Assembly (NCBI RefSeq): GCF_016127575.1
Contig: NZ_CP066019.1
Span: 1,260,001 to 1,292,000, forward strand
Source: Cupriavidus necator
GTDB lineage: Bacteria > Pseudomonadota > Gammaproteobacteria > Burkholderiales > Burkholderiaceae
Direction: 5' to 3'
Length of the DNA: 32,000 nucleotides
The notes under the pieces are model-generated. The model did no database searches. It saw nothing but the letters and a program-made list of their open reading frames with translations, and was not told where the DNA came from. Shown here piece after piece: positions 18,542 to 25,997 of this stretch (positions within the stretch are counted from its first letter, which is position 1; the number at the start of each line of letters is the position of its first letter). The position numbers were made by a program, and so were the translations under genes.

Positions 18542-20217
18542 GCTGAGTCTCCCATGAGGACGGATTTTTCGAGGGCGACGGCGGCCAGGTATTCGCTGAC
18601 CTGCCGCGCCACGGCCGCTTCGGACAATCCGAGTTCGGCCTGGAGGATCTGGCCCACCCGCGCTGCGGCGCGGGCGGAGGCATCGCGCGCCATCAGGCGG
18701 GCGCGGATGCGTCGTGACAAGACGTCGTCAACCGTGCCGGCCAGTTCATGGCGCACGGCGTAGACGATTTCGGCTTCCGTATACGGCAGGCCTTCGACGA
18801 TCGGCCTGGCAAGGGTGGCGTCCGCCTGCAGGATGTCACTGACAAAGCGCGCCTCCGTGCCATAGCGCTCGCCCAGGTGCGCGGACATGCCGCCGGATGC
18901 GACGATGGCCTGCGCGTCATAGCCAGCCGCCCCGAGCAGATAGGCCGATCTGGTCAGGCACTTGCTGCGCTTGCCGATGACCTTCTGCGCCGCATCGATG
19001 GTTTGCTCGGCCATGTGCCGCGAGGTCGTGAGCTTGCCGCCGACGATGGTCACCAGGCCGTCGTCCGCGGTATGAATCTCGTGATTGCGCTTGATTTCCA
19101 GGGTCTTGCCGCCGGGCGGCGCCACCAGCGGGCGGCACCCCGCGATGCTGCCGACCACGTCATCCGCCGTCAGGTCGGTCTTTAGTGCCGAGCGCGCGCC
19201 CTCCAGCAGGAAGTCGAGCTCCTGCCGGGTGCACATGACATTGTCGAGGTCGCCCTCATAGTCTTCGTCGGTGGTGCCGAGGTAGGACACATTGCCCCAC
19301 CGCGTGATCGTTGCCCGGCGGCTGCGCCCGGGCACCGGGATCGTCACCGTGCAGTCATTGCGGATCTTCAGCCACGGGATGGCAACGTGGACGCCCTTGG
19401 CAGGGCGAATGTGCAGGGTCCTGGCCTCGCCCTTCCTGCGGCCGGTCCAGTCGCGCAGCCAGACGCCGGTTGCCATGATGACCACGCCTGCGCGCACGCG
19501 GATCTCGCGCTCGCCGGCGTGGACAATGGCGCCATCCACCTTGCCGTGGCCGTCGCGGGTGATCTCGGCGACGGTCGCGTGATTGACCACGGCCGCTCCG
19601 TGGAACGCTGCCGTGCGCGCGATGTTCAGTGTCAGGCGGGCATCATCGACGCGCGCATCGAAGTACAGGTAGCCGCCGGTCAGATGTTCCTCATTGAAGG
19701 TCGGGCAGTGGGACAGCACCTCGGCCTTGGTCAGCTTCTGGTGCAGGATTCCCTCGCGCCAGCCACCAGCGAGGTCGTAGGTCCAGAGCAGGCTCTCGAA
19801 GGCCTTGGCGAGGCGCTTGTCGAACACGCCGTTGCGCTCCATCACCGGGAACAGGAACGGCAGCCGCTGCACCAGGTGGCGCGCGTTGCGGCGCAGGCGC
19901 TGGCGCTCCAGCAGTGAATGGCGTACCAGGCCGAGATTGCCCTGCTCGATATAGCGCAGGCCGCCGTGCACCATCTTGGATGACTTGGAAGAGGTCCCCG
20001 CGGCGAAGTCGCACTTTTCAACCAGCGCCACGCGATAGCCGCGCAAGCTGGCATCCAGCGCGGCGTAGGCGCCCGTCACGCCGCCGCCGACCACCAGGAT
20101 GTCGAACGCATCCGCCTCCAGGCGGTCGAGCAGGTCCCGGCGCACCAGCCGCAACGGCTCGGTGCTGGTCATGGCGGCGCGCTCGCGGTTAGCGCTGCGG
20201 GATGGAAAAATCACCAT
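18538..20217 (-). CDS. FAD-dependent glycerol-3-phosphate dehydrogenase/oxidase-like protein (GlpD/GlpO family)
   Basis: DILVVGGGVTGAYAALDASLRGYRVALVEKCDFAAGTSSKSSKMVHGGLRY is the canonical GlpD N-terminus. A C-terminal alpha-helical domain is present. ATG 20217 has AGGAG 11 nt upstream. ATG 20172 is an alternative start. Confidence 0.88.
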   Translation of the reverse strand: MVIFPSRSANRERAAMTSTEPLRLVRRDLLDRLEADAFDILVVGGGVTGAYAALDASLRGYRVALVEKCDFAAGTSSKSSKMVHGGLRYIEQGNLGLVRHSLLERQRLRRNARHLVQRLPFLFPVMERNGVFDKRLAKAFESLLWTYDLAGGWREGILHQKLTKAEVLSHCPTFNEEHLTGGYLYFDARVDDARLTLNIARTAAFHGAAVVNHATVAEITRDGHGKVDGAIVHAGEREIRVRAGVVIMATGVWLRDWTGRRKGEARTLHIRPAKGVHVAIPWLKIRNDCTVTIPVPGRSRRATITRWGNVSYLGTTDEDYEGDLDNVMCTRQELDFLLEGARSALKTDLTADDVVGSIAGCRPLVAPPGGKTLEIKRNHEIHTADDGLVTIVGGKLTTSRHMAEQTIDAAQKVIGKRSKCLTRSAYLLGAAGYDAQAIVASGGMSAHLGERYGTEARFVSDILQADATLARPIVEGLPYTEAEIVYAVRHELAGTVDDVLSRRIRARLMARDASARAAARVGQILQAELGLSEAAVARQVSEYLAAVALEKSVLMGDSA

Positions 20218-20235
20218 GTCTGTTATTGCTCCTGA

Positions 20236-21759
20236 TTAATGGACCGCAAGCGCGTCCGCATGGTTGAGCTCGGATGCCACCCGCGCATGCCAGAGCGCGC
20301 GCCGCTGGGCGCGCTCATCGGCGCTGATCGCCGGTTCGAATACTGCGTCCGGGGTGGTGGTGGTCCGGGCCTGCTGCATGGAATCCCAAAGCAGGCCGGA
20401 CGAGCCGGCAAGGTAAGCGATGCCGCGCAGGCTGGCGCGGTCGGTCTCCTTCATGCGGTGGATGGAAATTCCGCTGAGATCCGCCTGCATCTGCAGCAGC
20501 GCATCGCTGCCGGACAAGCCGCCGCCAACCACGAGCTCCGACACCGGCACGCCCGCGATCTCCCGGTTGGCCTCGATGCAGGAAGTCACCGAATGCGCAA
20601 TGCCTTCAAGGATGGCAAAGGCCATCTCGGCCTGCGTCGTTGCCATCGAGATGCCGGTCAGTGCGGCGCGCGCCTCGGGCTGCATGCGTGGGACGCGCAG
20701 GCCGGTCAGCGCGGGAATAAAGGTCACGCCTCGTGAAGACGCAACGGTGCTGGCCAGCGCACTGATTTGCCTGGCGTTCTCGAACCAGCCGAGCTTGTCG
20801 CAGACCCAGTTGAGCGCGGAGCCGGTGGTGGCGACAAAGGTTTCGACGGAGAAATGCGACACGCCCAGTTGCCGGCGCGCGGTCATGGTCAGGGTGCTGT
20901 CCGACTTGCCGCTGCGGGCAGGAAGGTTCGGACCGACTACCAGGTCGACGAAGCTGCCGGTGCCATGCAGGCACATCGCCTGGCCGGCATCGAGACATCC
21001 CAGGCCGATTGCGCCGGCGAGCTGGTCCCCGGCACAAGCCAGGATCGGCACGTCAATCCCCAGCACGTCCGGCCGCGTGCGGCCGAAGTTGTCCGCATCC
21101 TGGCGCAGCTCAGGCAGCAGCTCGCGCGGAAAGCCAAGCGCGTCGATCCAGTCGAGCTGGTAGCGATGCCCGGTCAGTACATAGGCGTTGCAGGAAGTGG
21201 CGTTGGTCGGCGTGGTGATGCACGTGCGTGCCGTCGACAGGTGCCAAAGCAGCCAGCTGTCGATGGTGCCGAAGGCGAGCTGGCGCGCACGGAAGGCGTC
21301 AGCCACAGCCGGCGTGTCGCGCAGGTGCCGCGCCGCCCATAGGTAAGGCGAGCGCACACCGGTGGGGCGGCCGACTGCTTCGCGCAGAGTCGCGTCCCAT
21401 GCCGGCGCAAGCTGATCCAGATCGGCTGCGTATCGCGTGTCCTGCCACACCATGGCGGGTACCAGCGCACGTCCGGTCTGCGTGTCCCACAGTACCGCGG
21501 TGGCGCGCTGGGTCGCGATGGCGAGGGCGGTGACGGTCAGGTTTTCGCGGGCAGCCTGTGCCAGGGTGGCGCGGCAAACTGCCAGGGTCTTGTCGAGCAG
21601 GACGTCGGCGTCCTGCTCGACCACGCCAGGGCAGGGCGAACGGACCTCAAGCGTGGTGTACTCGAGGCACATGACATGACCGTCAGCGGCGACCACCGCT
21701 GCCCGGGTGCCTGAGGTGCCCTCATCGATCGCAAGGATGACATTTCTGCGCTGGGTCAT
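20236..21759 (-). CDS. FGGY-family carbohydrate kinase, divergent glycerol-kinase-like
   Basis: LAIDEGTSGTRAAV is the phosphate-1 motif. The protein is collinear with GlpK by eye (TQRATA, VWQDTR, GDQLAG, HGTGSF, VGGGLS). The residues equivalent to E. coli GlpK E84 and Q246 appear replaced (see findings). It overlaps the upstream MFS gene by 4 bp. Confidence 0.88.
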   Translation of the reverse strand: MTQRRNVILAIDEGTSGTRAAVVAADGHVMCLEYTTLEVRSPCPGVVEQDADVLLDKTLAVCRATLAQAARENLTVTALAIATQRATAVLWDTQTGRALVPAMVWQDTRYAADLDQLAPAWDATLREAVGRPTGVRSPYLWAARHLRDTPAVADAFRARQLAFGTIDSWLLWHLSTARTCITTPTNATSCNAYVLTGHRYQLDWIDALGFPRELLPELRQDADNFGRTRPDVLGIDVPILACAGDQLAGAIGLGCLDAGQAMCLHGTGSFVDLVVGPNLPARSGKSDSTLTMTARRQLGVSHFSVETFVATTGSALNWVCDKLGWFENARQISALASTVASSRGVTFIPALTGLRVPRMQPEARAALTGISMATTQAEMAFAILEGIAHSVTSCIEANREIAGVPVSELVVGGGLSGSDALLQMQADLSGISIHRMKETDRASLRGIAYLAGSSGLLWDSMQQARTTTTPDAVFEPAISADERAQRRALWHARVASELNHADALAVH

Positions 21760-23219
21760 GGGCGGGCCTTCTCAATCGCGGGATTCATGAAACCCGGAGC
21801 GTCCGGCACATCGCCCTTGAACTGCGGGGCATCGGCTTCATTGTCGGGGTTGATGGTGGTGCGGGTCGGGTCCCAGCGGATCGCAAAGCAGATGATGCTG
21901 GCCAGCAGCGGGACCACAGAGAGAATCAGGAAGGTGGTTTCCAGCCCATACTGTGCGCGGAACAGCGGGAACACCAGCAGGCCCAGTGCAGCGCCGATGG
22001 CGCCGAGCGCGCCGATGATGCCGTTGGCGCCCGCGCGAAGTTCGCTGCGGAAGGACAGTGACGACAGGCTTTTGCCATTCGCGCCGGGCCCGCCCGAGTG
22101 GAACAGGATGAACAGCGACGGAACCACCACTGCCATCCACATCGGCATCTTGCCGTTGAACAGGCCCAGGATCAGCAGCATGGCGAATACCGCCGCAAAG
22201 CCGAACGCCGAGGCGCGGCGCAGGCCCAGCTTGCGGCCTATCAAGGGCGAGAGGAAGCCGCCAAAGATGCCGCAGACGTTGAAAACCAGCGCGCCGATGG
22301 TCGCGTAGACAAAGTCCTTGCCGAACAGGGCCGCACTGATCAGCGGCAGGTACCAGCCGATCGCGAAGTACTGGATCGACTGCCCGATCTGCACGGTGGC
22401 CGCCAGCACGGTGCGCGGCAGGTAGACGCCGCGGAAGATCAGCAGAACGTTGGCCAGGCCGCGGCGCGCCTGGTTGAGGACGGGGATGCGTTCCGCGGGC
22501 GGGGCGGCAACGAACTCACGTCCGTAGATGCGCGTCATGGCGTGTGCGGCGGCATCGAGCAATTCCTTGCGTGCCAGCCAGATCGGGCTTTCCACCAGGA
22601 ACAGGCCCTGCAGCAGCAGGATGACCACGCCGAAGACCGCGGTGGCTGCCACCGAGTAGCGCCAGATCGTATCGCCAACGTCCCAGGAGTAGAACAGCAG
22701 TGCCAGCAGCAGGTTGGAGCAGACGGCCGTGTACCACATGCCTTGCCACGTGTTCAGCCGACTCTTGAGTTTCACCGGCGTGAACTCCGCCAGCACCGCC
22801 ATGGCGATGGCAAAGTCGATGCCGTAGGCCGCGCCGACAAAGAAGCGACCAGCCAGGATCACCTCGAAGCCGGGGGCAAACACCACCAGCAATGCGCCGG
22901 CCACGGCCAGGACCTTGGCGAGAACCAGCGGGCGGACGCGGCCCCAGCGGTCGGCCATCCAGCCGCCGATAGGGTTGAAGGCAATGGCCACCCAGGAGGC
23001 AAACGAGGTCAACAGGGCGACCTTTGCAGGCGCGAGTTGAAGGTTGCGCGTCATCGGCCCGAGGCCGGCGCTCAGCGCAGAATTGGAAAACGCGTCAAGG
23101 AATAGCCCGCCGAGTGCGAGCCACCAGATGACACCGGCCCTGCCGCGAATGCCCGGGCAGGAATCTATGTAGGCAATGACATCATCGATGCCACGAATCT
23201 TGATGGCAGAGTGTTGCAC
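21756..23219 (-). CDS. MFS transporter, sugar-porter-like
   Basis: It has about 12 predicted hydrophobic spans. GGWMADRWGRVRP is MFS motif A. VESPIWLARK is the sugar-porter-type loop motif. The GTG start at 23219 has an AGGAG SD at 23230-23226. Confidence 0.85.
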   Translation of the reverse strand: MQHSAIKIRGIDDVIAYIDSCPGIRGRAGVIWWLALGGLFLDAFSNSALSAGLGPMTRNLQLAPAKVALLTSFASWVAIAFNPIGGWMADRWGRVRPLVLAKVLAVAGALLVVFAPGFEVILAGRFFVGAAYGIDFAIAMAVLAEFTPVKLKSRLNTWQGMWYTAVCSNLLLALLFYSWDVGDTIWRYSVAATAVFGVVILLLQGLFLVESPIWLARKELLDAAAHAMTRIYGREFVAAPPAERIPVLNQARRGLANVLLIFRGVYLPRTVLAATVQIGQSIQYFAIGWYLPLISAALFGKDFVYATIGALVFNVCGIFGGFLSPLIGRKLGLRRASAFGFAAVFAMLLILGLFNGKMPMWMAVVVPSLFILFHSGGPGANGKSLSSLSFRSELRAGANGIIGALGAIGAALGLLVFPLFRAQYGLETTFLILSVVPLLASIICFAIRWDPTRTTINPDNEADAPQFKGDVPDAPGFMNPAIEKARP

Positions 23220-23227
23220 GGCGGTCT

Positions 23228-23298
23228 CCTCTTATTTGTTCTGTAAGAGGCCGCAGCAACTGCAAGGCGCGAAGAGACCATCTTACAGATGGTCTCTT
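23228..23298 (-). promoter_or_regulatory. Structured 5' leader of the MFS-kinase-glpD-oxidase-glpP operon (two hairpins; the second overlaps the SD)
   Basis: HP1 is a perfect 12-bp stem with a 3-nt loop at 23272-23298 (AAGAGACCATCT/AGATGGTCTCTT). HP2 pairs CCTCTTA (23228-23234) with TAAGAGG (23244-23250) across a 9-nt loop. One HP2 arm overlaps the SD by 3 nt. Confidence 0.5.
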
Positions 23299-23316
23299 AT
23301 CTAGATCTGCGTGACC

Positions 23317-23345
23317 AATGTATGGCTTCGCAGGCACAGCGTCAA
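23317..23345 (-). promoter_or_regulatory. Putative sigma70-type promoter of the five-gene operon
   Basis: On the minus strand, TTGACG (23345-23340), a 17-nt spacer, then TACATT (23322-23317). It sits about 90-100 nt upstream of the GTG start. Confidence 0.5.
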
Positions 23346-23366
23346 CCGGGAAAACCCTTGTCCCGG
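23346..23366 (-). terminator. Weak stem-loop just after the stop of the Npt1/TLC-like transporter gene
   Basis: CCGGGA N9 TCCCGG, followed by only TT on the minus strand. It directly abuts the putative -35 of the next operon. Confidence 0.3.
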
Positions 23367-23369
23367 GCA

Positions 23370-24737
23370 TTAGCGTGCAGCGGTATTTCCCACTGCACGG
23401 CTGAGGCTGGCATCCGGCGGTCGCAACTGCCCCTCATGCCGCCGCCCCAGCCACCAGCCCAGCCCCGCCCACACCAGCGCCAGCACGGCGCCAGCCAGCG
23501 CCACCGTGGCGGGATGGCCCGACAGCGCATCGATCGCCGTCTTGACCCACGCACTGACCGCATCGCCCGCACGGTAGACCGCGGTGTCAATCACGTTCTT
23601 GGCCTTGTACTTGGTCTCGGGATCGACCACGGTGAACAGCATCTCGCGCCCGGGGCGCAGCAGCGCGTATTCGCCCACGCGCCGCAGGATCATCACGCCG
23701 GCCAGCACGCCGAAGGTCGGCAGCATCGCCAGCACGAGAAAGCCGCAGGTCACCGCCAGCGGCACCGCGGTCAGCAGCACGGTGACGCCATAGCGGCGCG
23801 CGATGCGGCCGGTGAAGAAGAGCTGGACCAGGATGGTCAGCGCCTGCACGGTAGCATCCAGCGCGCTGAAGACCTGGGTCTGGCGGGTGCGCTCCGGGAA
23901 GGCCTCGGCCACCAGCCGCGCCTGCTCGAAATACAGGAAGGTGCTGGCCGTGGCCAGCAGGATCACGAACAGGCCGATGCCAAGCAGGTAGCGCGAGCGC
24001 AGCAGCAGCGACAGCCCGGCCAGCAGCCCGCCGCCGATGGGGTTGGCCGGATCCTGCGCCGCGCCGGCCGGGGCTTCGCCCGGCTGCACCACGCCCGCGC
24101 CGGCGCGGCGGCGCCAGCCGAACAGCCAGCCCACGCCCGGCAGCGTTGCGGCCAGCAGCGCTGCCGACAGCAGCATCAGCCCGGTCAGGCCGATCTGCGG
24201 CACCAGCCAGCCGCCCAGCACGGGGCCGGCCAGCCCGCCCGCGCTGGCGCCGGCGGCCAGCAATGCGAACAGCCGGCGCGCCTGCTCGGGGCGGAACACA
24301 TCGGCCATCAGGCTCCATGCCACGGACACCACGAACAGGTTGAACACCGACAGCCACACATAGAACACGCGCGCCAGCCAGACGTTGTCAGGCAGGGCGC
24401 GAGTGGCCAGCGCAAAGCCAAGCAGGTTGGCGATAAAGAAGGCGTACACCCAGGGCACGAAGCGGCGCCGCGGCAGCCACGCGCAGACCGCGCCGTACAG
24501 CGGGATCGCGGCCAGCATCACGACAAAGGTGGCGGTGAACAGCCACTGCAGGTTCTTCACGCCGCCGGCAATGCCCATGGTCTCGCGCACCGGGCGCAGC
24601 ATGAAATAGCTGGCGAACAGGCAGAAGAAAAACAGGAAGCCGGCCACCACGGCGCCGGTCTCGCCGGGGCGGATGCCGAAGCCGCGCCGCAGCCGGGCCA
24701 GGCCGCCGGCAGGCGCCTCGCGCGCGGGATCGTCCAC
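23370..24737 (-). CDS. MFS-superfamily transporter resembling the Npt1/TLC (ATP:ADP antiporter-like) family
   Basis: It is polytopic. The N-terminal FFFCLFASYFMLRPVRETMG and FYVWLSVFNLFVVSVAWSLMADVFRPEQARRLFALLAAGASAGG parallel, by eye, the Tlc segments NYSTLRSIKD and FY..ELW....SLLFW.FAN.I....EAKRFY..FG. It has a GTG start 13 nt after the AKR stop. Confidence 0.7.
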   Translation of the reverse strand: MDDPAREAPAGGLARLRRGFGIRPGETGAVVAGFLFFFCLFASYFMLRPVRETMGIAGGVKNLQWLFTATFVVMLAAIPLYGAVCAWLPRRRFVPWVYAFFIANLLGFALATRALPDNVWLARVFYVWLSVFNLFVVSVAWSLMADVFRPEQARRLFALLAAGASAGGLAGPVLGGWLVPQIGLTGLMLLSAALLAATLPGVGWLFGWRRRAGAGVVQPGEAPAGAAQDPANPIGGGLLAGLSLLLRSRYLLGIGLFVILLATASTFLYFEQARLVAEAFPERTRQTQVFSALDATVQALTILVQLFFTGRIARRYGVTVLLTAVPLAVTCGFLVLAMLPTFGVLAGVMILRRVGEYALLRPGREMLFTVVDPETKYKAKNVIDTAVYRAGDAVSAWVKTAIDALSGHPATVALAGAVLALVWAGLGWWLGRRHEGQLRPPDASLSRAVGNTAAR

Positions 24738-24750
24738 GATAGATTGCCGC

Positions 24751-25668
24751 TCAGCGCAGCAGCGCGGCGATGCGCTCGCGCTGGCCGGGGTCAGGCATGC
24801 GGCCCAGTCCGGCGCCGAGGTTGTCGGCCATGTTGGGCGGCTTGGAGGTGGCCGGGATCGCCGCGGTCACGGCGGGATGGCTGACGATGAACTTCAGGAA
24901 CAGCTGGGCCCACGAGCCGCAGTCGATATCGCCGGCCCACGGCGGCAGCGGTCGGTCCTTGACGGCGCGAAAGAGGCGCCCGTCCTGAAATGGCCGGTTG
25001 ATCAGCACCGCCACGCCGCGTGCTTCGCACAGCGGCAGCAGCGTGCGCTCGGCATTGCGCTCGGCCACTGAATAGTTGATCTGGACAAAGTCCACGCGCT
25101 CGCTGCGCACGATATTCTCCAGTGCCTCGTGCGCATCGTCGCGGTAGTGGGTGACGCCCAGGTAGCGGATGCGGCCCTGTTCCTTCAGCTCGCGCAGCCA
25201 GCGCAGGTTGGCCTGCCAGTCAATCAGGTTGTGTATCTGCAGCAGGTCGACCTTGTCTACATGCAGGTCGGCCAGCGAGCGCGCCCATTGCGCCTGCGCG
25301 GGCGCGCCGGACTTGGCCGAGATCTTGGTGGCCAGGAACACCCGGCTGCGGGCGTTGGCCGCGCGCAGCAGGTCGCCGGTCACGGCCTCTGCGCTGCCGT
25401 AGCTGGGCGCGGTATCGACGACCGAACCTTCGCTCTGCAGCAGCAGGCCCATTACCTCCGCCAGCGGCTTGCGTTCGGCGGCGCCGGTGCCGACGTTGAA
25501 GGTGTCGGCGGTGCCCATGCCGATCACGGGCAGGGCTTCGGTGGTGCCCGGGATATTGCGGCGCAAGGGGGCGGCGACGGTGGCGGCATGAGCCGGCAGC
25601 ACAGGGCCGAGGCCGGTAGCGGCCAGGCCTGCTGCAAGGCTGAGGAAGGAGCGGCGGTCGATCGACAT
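24751..25668 (-). CDS. Aldo/keto reductase with an N-terminal twin-arginine (Tat) signal peptide
   Basis: MSIDRRSFLSLAAGLAATGLGPVLPAHA-AT carries a Tat motif (RRSFL), an h-region and an AxA site. The AKR tetrad candidates are present: DTAPSYG (Asp, Tyr), LATK (Lys) and LQIHN (His). Confidence 0.85.
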   Translation of the reverse strand: MSIDRRSFLSLAAGLAATGLGPVLPAHAATVAAPLRRNIPGTTEALPVIGMGTADTFNVGTGAAERKPLAEVMGLLLQSEGSVVDTAPSYGSAEAVTGDLLRAANARSRVFLATKISAKSGAPAQAQWARSLADLHVDKVDLLQIHNLIDWQANLRWLRELKEQGRIRYLGVTHYRDDAHEALENIVRSERVDFVQINYSVAERNAERTLLPLCEARGVAVLINRPFQDGRLFRAVKDRPLPPWAGDIDCGSWAQLFLKFIVSHPAVTAAIPATSKPPNMADNLGAGLGRMPDPGQRERIAALLR

Positions 25669-25853
25669 GGGATGGTTCCCGGCAAGTCACTTACTGGTTG
25701 ACCTTAGGCGGTGGGCGGAGCCTTGTAAACCGTTGCGTTGATCGGTTGCGCGGCAGACTTCGCCGTTCAGGGCGGGGAATGGCAAGGCGCGGCTGGATGC
25801 GCTGGTGAGCGCGGCCTGGCGGGGCGCGGTGGCTCCGGACACAGGCGAAAATG

Positions 25854-25951
25854 AGCCACTAACGTTAAATTTCTTGTGGAATCAATCAGGCAATTCAGAT
25901 TTTCATGTTTTGTCTCATTTTGAGATTTTTAACATTTATTCCTTAGTGGCT
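25854..25951. repeat. 9-bp inverted repeat (AGCCACTAA / TTAGTGGCT) bracketing an 80-bp AT-rich stretch upstream of the tpsA relic
   Basis: AGCCACTAA at 25854-25862 and TTAGTGGCT at 25943-25951 are exact reverse complements. The enclosed sequence is strikingly AT-rich compared with the rest of the window. Confidence 0.6.
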
Positions 25952-25997
25952 TGGGTAAAGTTGCGCACGTATCAAACCGTGTGCCGTTACCCAGATC

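Noticed and set aside
23272-23298. The perfect 12-bp hairpin interpreted as an intrinsic terminator for GlpP-type antitermination.
   Set aside because: The stem is followed by CGCGCC rather than a U-tract, so it does not look like a canonical rho-independent terminator. I keep it only as a leader hairpin or possible operator.
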